Below are positions 31,757 to 44,198 of a DNA stretch of 64,000 bases, piece after piece. The notes below the pieces were generated by a model. It saw nothing but the letters and a program-made list of their open reading frames with translations, searched no databases and was not told where the DNA came from. The translations under genes were made by a program, and so were the position numbers. The stretch covers positions 416,001-480,000 of the forward strand of contig CBDEUS010000001.1 in the NCBI GenBank assembly GCA_965243395.1, in the 5' to 3' direction. How positions within the stretch are numbered: position 1 is the first letter of the stretch; the number at the start of each line of letters is the position of its first letter. The stretch comes from Gammaproteobacteria bacterium. GTDB taxonomy: Bacteria; Pseudomonadota; Gammaproteobacteria; UBA4575.

Positions 31757-33142
31757 ATGCAAAGTAAAACTCTTTACGACAAGGTATGGCAAAGTCACGT
31801 TGTGCACGAGCGCGATGATGGTATGACGTTGTTATATATTGATCGCCATTTAGTGCATGAAGTAACATCTCCACAAGCCTTTGAAGGTTTACGTTTAGCT
31901 AAGCGCAATTTGTGGCGTAAAGATTCAATCTTAGCCACTGCCGATCACAATGTTCCTACTACTGATCGTAGTGCGGGAATAGACGATATTATTTCCAAAA
32001 CTCAAGTTGATACCTTGGATCAGAATTGTAAGGACTTTTCTTTAACACAATTCCCGATGCTGGACGTTCGTCAAGGCATTGTACATGTGATTGGCCCAGA
32101 ACAGGGGGCGTCGTTGCCTGGTATGACGATTGTATGTGGCGATTCTCATACATCCACACACGGTGCGTTAGGTGCGCTGGCGTTTGGAATAGGAACATCA
32201 GAAGTGGAGCATGTCTTGGCGACTCAATGTTTATTGATGAAAAAATCTAAAAACATGTTGGTAGATGTCAAAGGATTATGTGCTCCGGGTGTTACTGCTA
32301 AAGATATTGTCCTCGCTATTATTGGTAAGTTAGGCACTGCTGGTGCGACTGGCCATACTATTGAATTTTCGGGCAGTGCTGTTCGTGCGTTATCCATCGA
32401 AGGACGTATGACAATTTGTAATATGTCTATTGAAGCGGGCGGGCGTGCTGGCATGATTGCCGTAGACGATACAACCATTGAATATGTTTCAGGTCGTCCA
32501 TTTGCTCCACAGGGAGAACTCTGGGAGCAAGCTGTCTCGCAATGGCGAACCTTACATTCTGATGATGAGGCTCAATTTGATTCTGTAGTTGAAGTGGATG
32601 CTAATGAGTTGAAGCCACAGGTTACTTGGGGCACTTCACCTGAGATGGTAGTCAATATAGATGGGGCCATACCTACCGAATTAAATTCTGACCAACAACG
32701 TGCACTTGAATATATGGATTTAGTGCCAGGAACACCTATAAAAGATATTAAACTTGATAAAGTATTTATTGGTTCTTGTACCAACTCGCGTATTGAAGAT
32801 TTACGTGCCGCTGCTGACGTAATTCAAGATAAAAAGCTTGCTAACAATATAAAACTTGCCATGGTGGTGCCGGGTTCGGGTTTAGTTAAGCAACAAGCCG
32901 AACAAGAAGGTTTAGATAAAATATTTAAAGCCGCAGGTTTTGAATGGCGTGAGCCCGGCTGTTCGATGTGTTTAGGTATGAATGCGGATCAACTTGCACC
33001 AGGTGAACGTTGCGCTTCAACATCTAACCGAAACTTTGAAGGTCGTCAGGGTAAAGGTGGGCGTACTCATTTGGTAAGCCCAGCGATGGCGGCCGCAGCA
33101 GCAGTAAATGGCCATTTTGTTGATGTAACAGAGGTGTTGTGA
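31757..33142 (+). CDS. leuC: 3-isopropylmalate dehydratase large subunit
   Basis: [45 protein letters not shown]. Confidence 0.98.
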   Translation: MQSKTLYDKVWQSHVVHERDDGMTLLYIDRHLVHEVTSPQAFEGLRLAKRNLWRKDSILATADHNVPTTDRSAGIDDIISKTQVDTLDQNCKDFSLTQFPMLDVRQGIVHVIGPEQGASLPGMTIVCGDSHTSTHGALGALAFGIGTSEVEHVLATQCLLMKKSKNMLVDVKGLCAPGVTAKDIVLAIIGKLGTAGATGHTIEFSGSAVRALSIEGRMTICNMSIEAGGRAGMIAVDDTTIEYVSGRPFAPQGELWEQAVSQWRTLHSDDEAQFDSVVEVDANELKPQVTWGTSPEMVVNIDGAIPTELNSDQQRALEYMDLVPGTPIKDIKLDKVFIGSCTNSRIEDLRAAADVIQDKKLANNIKLAMVVPGSGLVKQQAEQEGLDKIFKAAGFEWREPGCSMCLGMNADQLAPGERCASTSNRNFEGRQGKGGRTHLVSPAMAAAAAVNGHFVDVTEVL

Positions 33143-33143
33143 G

Positions 33144-33782
33144 ATGAGGGCGTTTACTGAAATTACATCGAGTTTATTGCCATTGGATCGTAGCAATGTT
33201 GATACGGATGCCATTATTCCACAGCAATATTTAAAATCGGTAAAGCGAACAGGATTTGGTGTCGTTCTATTTGATAATTGGCGTTACCAAGACCCAGGTG
33301 TTCTGGGGCAAGACCATAGTAAGCGCCGATTAAATCAAGACTTCGTATTAAACAAACCCGAACACAAGACAGCAAAAATTATTTTGGCTAGAGAAAATTT
33401 TGGTTGTGGTTCCTCGCGTGAACATGCTGTGTGGTCAATTTTGGATTATGGGTTTGAAGTTGTCATTGCGCCGAGTTTTGCAGATATTTTTTGCAGCAAC
33501 TGTTACAAAAATGGGTTATTACCTATCGTATTAAAAGAAGATGAAGTGGATTATTTGTTTGAACAAGTAAAGTTAAATTCAGATTTTAATTGTAAGGTTG
33601 ACTTGAACTCCCAGAAAGTTGTTGATGAAAAAAACAAAACTTTTGAGTTTCAAATAGACGAATTTAGAAAATATTGCTTATTAAATGGCTTTGATGAAAT
33701 TGATCTTACTTTGCAACACTCGGACAAGATAAAAAAATATGAAAATGAGTTGCGTAAGATATCCCCGTGGTTAATTAAATGA
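33144..33782 (+). CDS. leuD: 3-isopropylmalate dehydratase small subunit
   Basis: [20 protein letters not shown]. Confidence 0.97.
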   Translation: MRAFTEITSSLLPLDRSNVDTDAIIPQQYLKSVKRTGFGVVLFDNWRYQDPGVLGQDHSKRRLNQDFVLNKPEHKTAKIILARENFGCGSSREHAVWSILDYGFEVVIAPSFADIFCSNCYKNGLLPIVLKEDEVDYLFEQVKLNSDFNCKVDLNSQKVVDEKNKTFEFQIDEFRKYCLLNGFDEIDLTLQHSDKIKKYENELRKISPWLIK

Positions 33783-34849
33783 AAAAAATTTTATTACTAC
33801 CTGGAGACGGTATTGGTCCAGAAGTCGTAGCGCAAGCAAAAAAAGTACTTGAGCATTTACGTGCAGAGCATGGTTTAAACGTCGAACTAGAAGAAGCTTT
33901 GATTGGTGGTGCAGCCTACGACGATTGTAAGGATCCATTGCCTGAAACCACCTTGGCATTGGCAAAACAGAGTGATGCTGTTTTATTAGGTGCAGTGGGT
34001 GGACCAAAATATGAAGCTATTGAACGCGAATTGCGACCTGAAAAAGGCTTGTTGCGAATTCGGGCTGAATTAGATCTTTTTGCTAATCTTCGTCCTGCTA
34101 TTTTATACCCATCATTAGCAGGAGCATCTTCGCTAAAGCCTGAATTGGTGGCTGATCTAGATATTATGATTGTGCGGGAGCTAACCGGCGGCATTTATTT
34201 TGGTGAGCCACGCGGTATTCGCACTTCTGGCGATGGAATCAAGCAAGGATTCAATACGCTGGTATATGATGAGAACGAGATCAGTCGAATTGCACATGTT
34301 GCATTTCGAATTGCGCAAAAGCGTAGTGGTAACCTTTGTTCCGTAGATAAAGCCAATGTGCTGGAAGTTTCCGAGCTTTGGCGAGAGGTAGTTGAAACAG
34401 TACATGCAGAATATAAAGGAGTATCACTAAGCCATATGTATGTCGACAATGCTGCTATGCAGCTAGTGCGCGAACCCAATCAATTCGATGTGGTATTAAC
34501 AGGGAACTTGTTTGGCGATATTCTTTCAGATGCTGCAGCAATGCTAACGGGTTCGATTGGAATGTTACCCTCTGCTTCTTTAGATAGTCAGGATAAAGGC
34601 ATGTATGAACCTATACATGGTTCAGCGCCTGATATAGCGGGAAAGAATCTTGCAAACCCGTTAGCGACTATTTTATCCATAGCAATGATGTTACGTTTTA
34701 GCTTGAGCGAAATAGAGCTTGCTAACAAGGTAGAAGATGCAGTTAAACGCGCAATTGAAAAAGGATTGCGTACAGCTGATATTGCTGCGGGTGAGCAAGC
34801 CATTGGTACAAGTGAGATGGGTGATGCTTTAATTAATGAATTAAGCTAA
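33779..34849 (+). CDS. leuB: 3-isopropylmalate dehydrogenase
   Basis: [40 protein letters not shown]. Confidence 0.98.
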   Translation: MKKILLLPGDGIGPEVVAQAKKVLEHLRAEHGLNVELEEALIGGAAYDDCKDPLPETTLALAKQSDAVLLGAVGGPKYEAIERELRPEKGLLRIRAELDLFANLRPAILYPSLAGASSLKPELVADLDIMIVRELTGGIYFGEPRGIRTSGDGIKQGFNTLVYDENEISRIAHVAFRIAQKRSGNLCSVDKANVLEVSELWREVVETVHAEYKGVSLSHMYVDNAAMQLVREPNQFDVVLTGNLFGDILSDAAAMLTGSIGMLPSASLDSQDKGMYEPIHGSAPDIAGKNLANPLATILSIAMMLRFSLSEIELANKVEDAVKRAIEKGLRTADIAAGEQAIGTSEMGDALINELS

Positions 34850-34895
34850 ACCTAAAATAATAATTTTTACAAATAAACGATTAAAATTTTAAGCA

Positions 34896-35915
34896 ATGAA
34901 AAAATATGATGTTGCAGTAGTGGGTGCTACAGGTGCGGTAGGTGAACAAATGCTTGCGATCCTGGCGCAAAGAAATTTTCCTGTAAATAATGTTTATGCC
35001 GTAGCGAGTGCACGTTCGGCTGGAAAAAAAGTATTCTTTGGTGACACAGAATTAGAAGTACAAGATTTAGCAAAATTTGATTTTTCTAAATGCCAAGTAG
35101 GATTGTTTTCTCCAGGCGCGAGTATTTCAAAAGAATATGCTCCTAAAGCAGCGGATCAGGGTTGTGTGGTAGTAGATAATACTTCGCAGTTTCGCTACGA
35201 CGATGATATTCCTTTAGTTGTTCCAGAAGTTAATGCGCATCAAATCGCAAACTACAAAACTCGCGGCATCATCGCTAACCCGAATTGCTCGACTATTCAA
35301 ATGGTTGTGGCATTGAAGCCGTTGCAAGATGCAGTAGGCATTGAACGCATTAACGTAGCAACCTATCAAGCGGTTTCCGGTACGGGTAAAGAAGCAATTG
35401 ATGAGTTAGATGTTCAAACATCAAATATCATTAACAATGAGCCGATTAATTGTGACGTTTATCCGAAACAGATTGCCTTCAATGCCTTGCCACATATAGA
35501 TATGTTCATGGAAAACGGCTATACAAAAGAAGAAATGAAAATGGTCTGGGAAACGCAAAAAATTATGGAAGATGATTCCATTTTGGTGAATCCAACGACA
35601 GTACGTATTCCAGTCAAATATGGTCATTCTGAAGCAGTGCATATCGAGCTCAGAGAGAAGTTGTCTGCTCAAAAAGCACGCGAATTACTTGCACAAGCTC
35701 CCGGTGTAGAAATCGTGGATGAGCAGCAAGATGGGGGCTATCCAACTGCTGTAACCGAAGGAGAAGGTACGGATCCTGTGTATGTAGGGCGTATACGAGA
35801 GGATATTTCGCACCCACGTGGCCTGAATATGTGGGTAGTTAGCGATAATTTGAGAAAAGGCGCTGCATTAAACAGCATTCAGATCGCTGAGGTTTTGATA
35901 AACAACCATATTTAA
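34896..35915 (+). CDS. asd: Aspartate-semialdehyde dehydrogenase
   Basis: VVGATGAVG, ANPNCSTIQ, DNLRKGAALN. Confidence 0.96.
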   Translation: MKKYDVAVVGATGAVGEQMLAILAQRNFPVNNVYAVASARSAGKKVFFGDTELEVQDLAKFDFSKCQVGLFSPGASISKEYAPKAADQGCVVVDNTSQFRYDDDIPLVVPEVNAHQIANYKTRGIIANPNCSTIQMVVALKPLQDAVGIERINVATYQAVSGTGKEAIDELDVQTSNIINNEPINCDVYPKQIAFNALPHIDMFMENGYTKEEMKMVWETQKIMEDDSILVNPTTVRIPVKYGHSEAVHIELREKLSAQKARELLAQAPGVEIVDEQQDGGYPTAVTEGEGTDPVYVGRIREDISHPRGLNMWVVSDNLRKGAALNSIQIAEVLINNHI

Positions 35916-36037
35916 TTTATAGTTGGCCGGTGAATTATTTTGATAACTCAAAGAATTTTCTAGAGTTTTTTGTTTAGCCCATATATAAATCACAATCAAT
36001 TTAAAAGCACATGTTGCAGTTAAGGTGGAGCACAAAA

Positions 36038-39000
36038 ATGGGGCGTAAATCATCTATTTATTTTCTCATTATTCCAATTTTATTTTTAATCCCTGGGCAT
36101 TTGTTGTCATTAGGGCTAGGTGATATAGAAGTTAATTCTGCGCTTAATCAGCCTCTAAATGCTCAGATAAATTTAATTGCTGCACGTGAAGATGAATTTG
36201 AAGAATTGCGAGTTGAGTTAGCACCTGCGAATGTATTTGACCGTGTTGGTGTTCCACGCCCGTATTTTCTTACTCAATTAAAATTTCAACCCATTAAACT
36301 TCCTAATGGTGGTACTGCAGTTCAAGTAACTTCAAAAGATCCGGTGCGTGAACCGTTTTTAACTTTTTTAGTAGAAGTTACCTGGCCCAAAGGAAGATTA
36401 CTAAGAGAATATACTGTTTTACTTGATCCTCCTGAGTTTGCACAACAACAAGCTCCACAAGTTGCCACTCCTGCTACAGCTCCAGTTGAACCTGTAGTAG
36501 AGACAGACCCGGTCGTTACCCCACAACAGAGTAGTCAACCTGAAATTGTCGACACTGAAGAAGACATTAATGCAATTCGTGAGCGCATGGATAGAGCACT
36601 CGGTATCGATGGCACTGAAGAAATTGAACCTGTTGTAGAAGAAGTTGCTGAAGTTGCTGAAGTTGCTGAAGAAGCTGAAGTGATAGAAGAGGAAGTTGTA
36701 GCAGATGCTGAACCTACTGCTGAAGAGCTTGAAGAAGCCGTCGCAGAAACAGTTGAGGAAGCTGAACCAGTTGTTGAAGAAAGCCCTGTAGTAGAGAGTG
36801 TCGAAGATGTTGCGGTTGCCGATGATGTTGTTGAAGAAGAAATAGCCGAAGTGGATGAGCGTGATCTTGAAACTATTCGAAAAGAAATGGATGAGGCGCT
36901 TGGTATTGATGGCACAGAACCTATTGAGAGAGATATTGAAGTAGTTGCGGAAACCACCGGTACCCAGGAACTTGTGACTGGAGAAGTGCTCGTCGAAAAA
37001 GGCGACACATTATATAACATCGCCAAAGCTGCAAAACCCAGTAGTGTAACGATGAATCAAATGATGTTGGCAATCCAAGAAGCCAATTCAGATGCATTTA
37101 TAAATAATAATGTGAACCTTTTAAAACAAGGTGCAGTGTTACGCATTCCTCAAGAGAATGAGGCGCAAGCTTTGTCTTCTTCCGAAGCACGTAAGTTAAT
37201 TTCAGAACAAAATGCATTGTGGAAAGAATATCGTGGCGTAGTGACACAAACCCCTGCCACCAACGTGGATGCTCCGGAGCTGGTTGAGGAATCGAGTGAT
37301 CTGGCAAAAGAAGCTAAGCAAGCGCTTAAAGAAGCTACAGAGAAACCAGCTGAAACAAAACAAGATCTCAACATTTTAGCTTCAGAAGATGCAAATCAAA
37401 GTCCAGATACACAGATTGCGGGTGGAGAAGAGGTCAAGAAGCTGCAAAATGAAGTCAATCTTAATAAAGAACTGGCTGCGTCACGCGCGAAAGAAAATGA
37501 AGAATTAAAGAGCCGTGTGGAAGCTCTTGAATCCATGCTGGAAAAGAAGGAGAAAATTCTCAATATACAAAACCAGCAGCTTAAAGAGTTACAAGAACAG
37601 TTAAGTACAGAAACAGATAAAGCCGCTGCCGCGGAAAAACTACTGAAAGAAAAGGCCCTTAAAGAGGAAACAGAACCAGAAGTAAAATCTGAGGCTAAAC
37701 CGGACCCAAAGCCAGTAGTTAAAGAAGAGATTAAAGAACCGGTAGTAGAGCCGCTTCCTGAATTCACCGAGCCTGTTGTAGCAGAACAGGCAATTGGTAA
37801 ACCGAAGTTAGAGCCGCTTCCTGATTGGGACTCATTGCCTGCAATAGAGGAAACCCTAAGCGAAGAAGTCGCAGAAACCCCGCCTGAAGAAAAGCCTGCT
37901 GAAGCAACCAAACCCGAAGAAAAACCTACTGAAATTAAAACCGCTGAAGCACCCACTGCACCTGAGGCAGAAGCTGGTTTCATGGGATTTGCGTTAAGTT
38001 TCTTGGAAAGCTTAAAAGAAAAAGCCTCCAATGCATTACTGCCTTTATTAGGAGGAGTTTTGTTATTACTTGGTGGTTTATGGTTCTGGAAGAAGAAGCA
38101 AGTTAAAACAGTCGAGTTGACTGGACTCGGTGAAATGCCTATGGAAGCCATTGAAGATGGCGAACATTTTGACGACATTTTGGACGAAACTATCATTACA
38201 CCCCAGGTGAGCGCACAAGCCAGCACCAGTGATGAGGATCTTGGTGGGGTAGCTGAGAACTTAGCAACTGAAGGTGAAAATGATTTCAGTGCAGAAGCAT
38301 CTGAAGAATCAGGCGACACGGAAGAGGGTGAAGATGTATTGGATGAAGCAGATGTCTACATTTCATATGGATTGCATCAACAAGCGCAGGATTTGTTGAA
38401 CGATGCTATTGCCAATGAACCTGGTCGTAATGACTACAAGGTTAAACTCGCTGAAGTGTACTATAGCCAGAAAGATCAGGAAGGTTTTGAGCAATATGCA
38501 GGAAAAATTAAAAATGAATTAGGTGAGTCAAGCAACGATTGGCAAAAGATTATGTCAATGGGTAAAGAGCTTGCTCCTGCTAGTGCTTTATTTGCGGGTG
38601 CCGCGGCGGCGGCTGGTACAGCAGCATCTGCTGCTTTTGATAAACCTGATGAAGCGGATGTCGATATTGGTTTGCAAACCGCTATTAACGAGCCATTGTC
38701 TGATGCAAATTTAGAAGACACTATGTTGGATAATGATGCTGAAGAGGATGATGGTGGTTTAGATTTCAATGTGGATGATTTTGTTGATGAGCAAATAGAA
38801 GATGATCCTGTTGCTAGTAAAATCATGGAAGCGAATGAAACATCAGATATTCTAAACTTTGATGTAGATGACATATCTGAAGATGCTATGACTGAGGACA
38901 GTGTGGATACTGAACTTGATGCTATCGCTACCGGTTTGCATGAATCCGCAAGTATGGATGACCTCACTCAAGAGCTAGAAGAAATTGGTATGCAAACTAC

Positions 39001-39454
39001 CATGAACGACCTTAAGCCTCTTGAAATTGATGAAGATGAAGACGATGCGAGTGATGAAGTTTCGCCCCAGGATACAACGATTGCTATGGAGCAAGACGAA
39101 ATAGGAATTGATACCGGTATTTCGGAGCCTGATCCTGAAGCCACTGCTGCTTATTCGTCTAGCTCGTTAAGTAATGAAATTGATCAGGTGACAGAACAGT
39201 TTGATGCTGGCGATATGGATACTGAGTTTTTAGATCCTGCTGAACAAACTGTTGCGCAAACACACACTGATCTAGAAGAATTAGGACCTCCTTCTTTAAT
39301 TGAAGAAGTTGGCACTAAGCTTGATTTAGCCAAAGCTTTTGTAGACATGGGCGACTCAGATGCTGCTAAAGAAACATTATTAGAAGTGATTAACGAAGGT
39401 GATGAATCACAAATTAAAGCAGCCAAAGATTTGATGGATAAACTTGGTAGTTAG
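36038..39454 (+). CDS. fimV: Polar landmark protein FimV/HubP
   Basis: LGLGDIEVNSALNQPL, REYTVLLDP, LysM-like GDTLYNIA, coiled coil, TM segment, EADVYISYG, C-terminal TKLDLAKAF; lies between asd and truA; ATG at 36038 after GGAG. Confidence 0.9.
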   Translation: MGRKSSIYFLIIPILFLIPGHLLSLGLGDIEVNSALNQPLNAQINLIAAREDEFEELRVELAPANVFDRVGVPRPYFLTQLKFQPIKLPNGGTAVQVTSKDPVREPFLTFLVEVTWPKGRLLREYTVLLDPPEFAQQQAPQVATPATAPVEPVVETDPVVTPQQSSQPEIVDTEEDINAIRERMDRALGIDGTEEIEPVVEEVAEVAEVAEEAEVIEEEVVADAEPTAEELEEAVAETVEEAEPVVEESPVVESVEDVAVADDVVEEEIAEVDERDLETIRKEMDEALGIDGTEPIERDIEVVAETTGTQELVTGEVLVEKGDTLYNIAKAAKPSSVTMNQMMLAIQEANSDAFINNNVNLLKQGAVLRIPQENEAQALSSSEARKLISEQNALWKEYRGVVTQTPATNVDAPELVEESSDLAKEAKQALKEATEKPAETKQDLNILASEDANQSPDTQIAGGEEVKKLQNEVNLNKELAASRAKENEELKSRVEALESMLEKKEKILNIQNQQLKELQEQLSTETDKAAAAEKLLKEKALKEETEPEVKSEAKPDPKPVVKEEIKEPVVEPLPEFTEPVVAEQAIGKPKLEPLPDWDSLPAIEETLSEEVAETPPEEKPAEATKPEEKPTEIKTAEAPTAPEAEAGFMGFALSFLESLKEKASNALLPLLGGVLLLLGGLWFWKKKQVKTVELTGLGEMPMEAIEDGEHFDDILDETIITPQVSAQASTSDEDLGGVAENLATEGENDFSAEASEESGDTEEGEDVLDEADVYISYGLHQQAQDLLNDAIANEPGRNDYKVKLAEVYYSQKDQEGFEQYAGKIKNELGESSNDWQKIMSMGKELAPASALFAGAAAAAGTAASAAFDKPDEADVDIGLQTAINEPLSDANLEDTMLDNDAEEDDGGLDFNVDDFVDEQIEDDPVASKIMEANETSDILNFDVDDISEDAMTEDSVDTELDAIATGLHESASMDDLTQELEEIGMQTTMNDLKPLEIDEDEDDASDEVSPQDTTIAMEQDEIGIDTGISEPDPEATAAYSSSSLSNEIDQVTEQFDAGDMDTEFLDPAEQTVAQTHTDLEELGPPSLIEEVGTKLDLAKAFVDMGDSDAAKETLLEVINEGDESQIKAAKDLMDKLGS
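36563..36928 (+). repeat. Internal duplication in fimV (two about 22-aa copies exactly 300 nt apart) enclosing (GAAGTTGCT)x3 at 36641-36667
   Basis: DINAIRERMDRALGIDGTEEIE versus DLETIRKEMDEALGIDGTEPIE. Confidence 0.8.
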
Positions 39455-39613
39455 TCTCCAGGGCTAGTCAGAAATAATTTTTAAAATTTGTAATTTCCTG
39501 ACCCTTAACGTAATACGGTAATTTCTACCGTTTCAAATTCATAGTGAACCCTTAAACTTATTCCCTTATTGGTGCTTGAGTAAATTCTCTGCATCAATCA
39601 TAGTCTTGACATT

Positions 39614-40399
39614 ATGCGTATAGCGTTAGGAGTTGAATACAACGGTAGCCATTTTTGTGGTTGGCAACGTCAAACAAATGCTCAATCTGTACAGCAAGCT
39701 TTAGAGCAAGCTGTATCAAAAGTTGCCGATGCAGAAATACATGTACAAGCTGCAGGAAGAACGGATACAGGAGTGCATGCAACTGAACAAATTGTGCATT
39801 TTGATTGTGATAATTCGCGCGAATTAAAAGCTTGGGTAATGGGCGTAAATTCATACTTGCCGAATTCAGTTAGCGTTTTGTGGGCTAAACATGTTGACGA
39901 GGAGTTTCATGCTAGATTTAGTGCGCAGTCTCGACGTTATCGCTATGTAATCTACTGTAACGCAACTCGACCGGCATTATTAGATGGTTTGTTGACATGG
40001 GAATATGCAAATATAGATTTGGATAAAATGCTTAGTGCAGCTAAACATTTGGTTGGGACACATGATTTCACCTCATACCGAGCTGTAGCATGTCAGGCAA
40101 AAGATCCAACGCGTACGGTATATGAGCTCAATCTGAGTCAGCGAAATGAATTCATTTTTATGGACATTTGTGCCAATGGATTTCTACATCATATGGTTCG
40201 CAATATAGCGGGCGTTCTAATTTCTATTGGCAAAAATGATCAACATGAAGATTGGGCATTAAAAGTTTTAGAGAGTCGTGACCGAACACTAGGGGGTATT
40301 ACAGCTCCGGCAGCAGGCTTATATCTCGTTAAAGTACAGTATGATGAAAAATATGGTTTAAACTCGAAGATTAGATGGCCCGCGATTACAGCTATATAG
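39614..40399 (+). CDS. truA: tRNA pseudouridine synthase A
   Basis: AGRTDTGVHA, FHARFSA, FLHHMVRNI. Confidence 0.97.
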   Translation: MRIALGVEYNGSHFCGWQRQTNAQSVQQALEQAVSKVADAEIHVQAAGRTDTGVHATEQIVHFDCDNSRELKAWVMGVNSYLPNSVSVLWAKHVDEEFHARFSAQSRRYRYVIYCNATRPALLDGLLTWEYANIDLDKMLSAAKHLVGTHDFTSYRAVACQAKDPTRTVYELNLSQRNEFIFMDICANGFLHHMVRNIAGVLISIGKNDQHEDWALKVLESRDRTLGGITAPAAGLYLVKVQYDEKYGLNSKIRWPAITAI

Positions 40400-40414
40400 A
40401 CAAAAAACCTAATT

Positions 40415-41032
40415 ATGAAAACACGAGTCAAATTTTGTGGAATGACACGCATACAGGATGTGCAATCCGCAATTGCGTTGAATGTAGATGCTTTGGGATT
40501 TGTATTTGTAAAAAGTAGTCCTCGTTATCTTGATGTTGAAACTGCAGAAAAAATTATTCAAAAAATTCCGCCCTTTGTTGTGAAAGTAGCTTTATTTATG
40601 AATGCTCAAGCTTCGGAGATTGAAAATGTTCTCAAAATGGTCAGATTTAATCTGCTTCAGTTTCATGGAGATGAAGAAGAGCAATTTTGTACTCAGTTTG
40701 ATATGCCTTATCTAAAAGCTGTACCCATGGGGAGTGTTTCTTCTCTTAGTGATTATTGCCAGGCCTACTCCAGTGCCACCGGATTTTTATTGGATAGTCA
40801 TGCTAAAGGTGAAATGGGTGGCAGTGGTGAAAAATTTACCTGGACTAAGCTACCAGAAGATATCAATAAACCTATAATTCTGGCTGGTGGATTAAACCCG
40901 GATAATGTCGCTGAAGCCATACGGACAGTACATCCGTATGCCGTAGATGTAAGCAGTGGAATCGAGACTAGTAAAGGTATCAAAGACCCCGCTAAAATGG
41001 AGCAATTCATTAAGGAAGTACATAGTGACTAG
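40415..41032 (+). CDS. trpF: Phosphoribosylanthranilate isomerase
   Basis: [30 protein letters not shown]. Confidence 0.96.
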   Translation: MKTRVKFCGMTRIQDVQSAIALNVDALGFVFVKSSPRYLDVETAEKIIQKIPPFVVKVALFMNAQASEIENVLKMVRFNLLQFHGDEEEQFCTQFDMPYLKAVPMGSVSSLSDYCQAYSSATGFLLDSHAKGEMGGSGEKFTWTKLPEDINKPIILAGGLNPDNVAEAIRTVHPYAVDVSSGIETSKGIKDPAKMEQFIKEVHSD

Positions 41033-42266
41033 GAATGCATCACAACTCGCTCCAGATAAAGAGCCCCAAACTGATCAATTATTGCCAGATGAGCATGGCA
41101 TGTTTGGGGAATACGGTGGGCGTTATGTTGCTGAGACCTTGATTGAACCACTTTCCGAATTAGAGCAGGCCTATTTTCGCTATAAAGAGGATCCGGAATT
41201 TATTCATGAGTTTGATGCGGATCTTGCTAATTATGTGGGTAGACCCAGCCCCCTTTATCATGCAAAACGTTTAAGCCAAAAGTGTGGTGGTGCACAAATT
41301 TATTTAAAACGTGAAGACTTAAATCACACAGGTGCACACAAAATTAATAATACGATTGGTCAGGCACTTCTCGCGAAGCGCATGGGTAAGCCACGTATTA
41401 TTGCCGAGACGGGCGCAGGTCAGCATGGAGTTGCAAGCGCGACGGTAGCTGCACGTTTAGGCCTTGAATGTGTGGTGTATATGGGTGAACAAGATATTCA
41501 TCGTCAAGCACCTAATGTTTACCGTATGCGTTTACTGGGTGCAGAAGTCGTACCTGTTACTTCAGGTTCAAAGACACTCAAAGATGCGCTTAATGAAGCC
41601 TTGCGTGATTGGGTAACAAATGTCGACAATACTTTTTACATTATTGGTACCGTTGCAGGACCACATCCATATCCATTGCTAGTGCGTGATTTTCAAGCTG
41701 TAATCGGCCGGGAAGCAAAATCACAAATGCTGGAGCAAACAGGCAGCTTGCCTGATGCGTTAGTGGCTTGTGTTGGCGGCGGTTCAAATGCCATAGGACT
41801 GTTTTATCCTTTTATTGAGGATGAAAATGTAACTATGTTTGGTGTGGAGGCAGCAGGTTTAGGAATTGATACAGATAAGCATTCAGCCCCCCTTAATGCC
41901 GGACGTCCTGGTGTGCTGCATGGTAATCGTACCTATTTAATGGAAGATGATGATGGACAAATCATAGAAACCCATTCAATTTCTGCGGGACTAGACTATC
42001 CAGGTGTGGGTCCGGAGCATGCATGGTTAAAAGATATTGGTCGTGTGGAGTATGACGCGGTTACTGATGAAGAGGCGCTTTCTGCATTTCATGAATTGAC
42101 ACGTGTAGAAGGAATTATACCCGCCTTAGAAAGTAGTCACGCCGTAGCTTATACCTTGAAGCTGGCACGTACTATGTCGAGTGATAAAACGATATTAGTA
42201 AATTTATCCGGAAGAGGTGATAAAGATATTAATACAGTTGCTGATATTGAAGGTATAACAATATGA
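41025..42266 (+). CDS. trpB: Tryptophan synthase beta chain
   Basis: [40 protein letters not shown]; GTG at 41025 after AGGA is the likely start. Confidence 0.97.
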   Translation: MTRNASQLAPDKEPQTDQLLPDEHGMFGEYGGRYVAETLIEPLSELEQAYFRYKEDPEFIHEFDADLANYVGRPSPLYHAKRLSQKCGGAQIYLKREDLNHTGAHKINNTIGQALLAKRMGKPRIIAETGAGQHGVASATVAARLGLECVVYMGEQDIHRQAPNVYRMRLLGAEVVPVTSGSKTLKDALNEALRDWVTNVDNTFYIIGTVAGPHPYPLLVRDFQAVIGREAKSQMLEQTGSLPDALVACVGGGSNAIGLFYPFIEDENVTMFGVEAAGLGIDTDKHSAPLNAGRPGVLHGNRTYLMEDDDGQIIETHSISAGLDYPGVGPEHAWLKDIGRVEYDAVTDEEALSAFHELTRVEGIIPALESSHAVAYTLKLARTMSSDKTILVNLSGRGDKDINTVADIEGITI

Positions 42267-43102
42267 GCCGTATAGAATCTTGTTTTGCTGCACTCGAAAA
42301 AGCTAATCGCAAAGCATTAATATCTTATATTACTGCAGGAGACCCACATCCAGATCTAACCGTTTCTCTAATGCACACTTTAGTTGAGGCGGGTACTGAC
42401 ATTATCGAATTAGGTGTACCTTTTTCTGATCCCATGGCAGATGGGCCCGTTATACAAGCTGCATGTGAACGTGCATTGTCACATCATACTAGTTTGCAAG
42501 ATGTGTTAAACATGGTTAAAGAGTTTCGTAGTAAAGATAATCAAACCCCAATTGTGTTGATGGGCTATCAAAATCCAATTGAAGTAATGGGTATAGAAGC
42601 ATTTGCTGAATCCGCAAAACAAAATCAAGTAGACGGTATTTTAACGGTAGACGTACCTATTGAGCAGGCAGATGCAACCGTCTCAATATATAGTAAAAAT
42701 AATCTTGATAATATTTTTCTGATTGCCCCGACAACCAGCACTGAACGTGTAAAAAATATCTGTCAACAATCATCAGGATTCGTTTACTACGTTTCTTTAA
42801 AGGGGGTTACAGGTGCCGGGCACCTTGATACATCTGAAGTTGAAAATAAAGTTCTAGAAATCAAGCAAGCTACTTCATTGCCAGTAGGCGTGGGATTTGG
42901 AATAAAAGACGCGGAAAGTGCAAGTAAAGTAGCCATGATCGCAGATGCCGTTGTTGTGGGAAGTGCAATTATTCGTGAAATTGAAACCCATGCTAGTAAT
43001 AAAGATAAAATGTTGAAAAATATTAAAACTTTGCTTTCTGAAATGCGTATAGCAATGAATAATGTTTCGAGTGAAGAGCAAACGAATAAAGAAGTCGCCT
43101 AA
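42263..43102 (+). CDS. trpA: Tryptophan synthase alpha chain
   Basis: [35 protein letters not shown]. Confidence 0.97.
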   Translation: MSRIESCFAALEKANRKALISYITAGDPHPDLTVSLMHTLVEAGTDIIELGVPFSDPMADGPVIQAACERALSHHTSLQDVLNMVKEFRSKDNQTPIVLMGYQNPIEVMGIEAFAESAKQNQVDGILTVDVPIEQADATVSIYSKNNLDNIFLIAPTTSTERVKNICQQSSGFVYYVSLKGVTGAGHLDTSEVENKVLEIKQATSLPVGVGFGIKDAESASKVAMIADAVVVGSAIIREIETHASNKDKMLKNIKTLLSEMRIAMNNVSSEEQTNKEVA

Positions 43103-43116
43103 ATGAGTTACGAATT

Positions 43117-44040
43117 ATGAGCTGGTTAGAAAAATTAATGCCGTCGCGGATTCGTACTGAGGGTACGAGCAAACGTAAAGTGCCGGAGGGGTTGTGGGAT
43201 AAATGCCAAAATTGTGGCGCAGTGCTGTATCGATCTGACTTAGAGCGAAATTTACATGTATGCCCAAAATGCAATCATCATATGCGAATTGGTGCGCGAG
43301 AAAGATTAAATTCATTTTTTGATCAAGAAGGACAAGAAGAATTGGGTGCAGAAATCGAGTCCATGGATTTTCTAAAATTTAAAGATAGTAAAAAATATAA
43401 AGACCGAATAAGTGCAGCTCAAAAAGCGACTGGAGAAAAAGACGCTTTGATAATAATGAAGGGCACTTTGAAGGGTATGCCGATAGTAGCGGTTGCATTT
43501 GAGTTTAAGTTTATTGGTGGATCAATGGGATCAGTGGTAGGCGAAAAATTTCTACGTGCTGCAAAATTTGCGCTGAGTGAAGAAATACCAATGATTTGTT
43601 TTTCTACCAGTGGTGGTGCACGTATGCAAGAGGCGTTAATGTCACTATTTCAGATGAGTAAAACGAGTGCAGTGTTAGCGCATATGCGAGAGAAGGGCAT
43701 ACCTTATATTTCAATATTAACGGACCCAACCACGGGTGGTGTATCTGCGAGCTTCGCGATGTTGGGCGATTTAAACATAGCAGAACCCAATGCATTAATA
43801 GGTTTTGCGGGCCAAAGAGTGATTGAGCAAACTGTTCGAGAAACTTTGCCAGAAGGATTTCAAAGAAGTGAGTTTTTACTTGAGCATGGAGCGCTTGATA
43901 TGATTGTTGATCGTAAAGATATGCGTGATCAACTGTATGAATTGCTAAGTATATTGACTCATAAAGAGATTGCTGAACAAGATACAACCATAGAAGATCA
44001 AATTGTTATTGAAACAGATAGCAATGAAAGTCAGAGCTAG
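43117..44040 (+). CDS. accD: Acetyl-CoA carboxylase carboxyltransferase beta subunit
   Basis: Zn-finger [27 protein letters not shown]. Confidence 0.97.
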   Translation: MSWLEKLMPSRIRTEGTSKRKVPEGLWDKCQNCGAVLYRSDLERNLHVCPKCNHHMRIGARERLNSFFDQEGQEELGAEIESMDFLKFKDSKKYKDRISAAQKATGEKDALIIMKGTLKGMPIVAVAFEFKFIGGSMGSVVGEKFLRAAKFALSEEIPMICFSTSGGARMQEALMSLFQMSKTSAVLAHMREKGIPYISILTDPTTGGVSASFAMLGDLNIAEPNALIGFAGQRVIEQTVRETLPEGFQRSEFLLEHGALDMIVDRKDMRDQLYELLSILTHKEIAEQDTTIEDQIVIETDSNESQS

Positions 44041-44198
44041 TATATAAATTTATAATAAGAATAATAAACACTCAGTTATACAAAGTTATATAACTAATTA
44101 TTCACTAATATAACTATTCATATTTAAATTTTTAAATTCGAGATATTTGTATCTCTAAATTATTACTTTGGATGGTTTATTTAGCTAACGTAGCCCTT

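Noticed and set aside
36535-39426. Ser-rich antisense ORFs up to 307 aa opposite fimV
   Set aside because: Expected by-product of GAA/GAT-rich acidic codons on the sense strand.
44041-44170. Replication origin
   Set aside because: No perfect DnaA boxes, too short, and no dnaA/gidA context.
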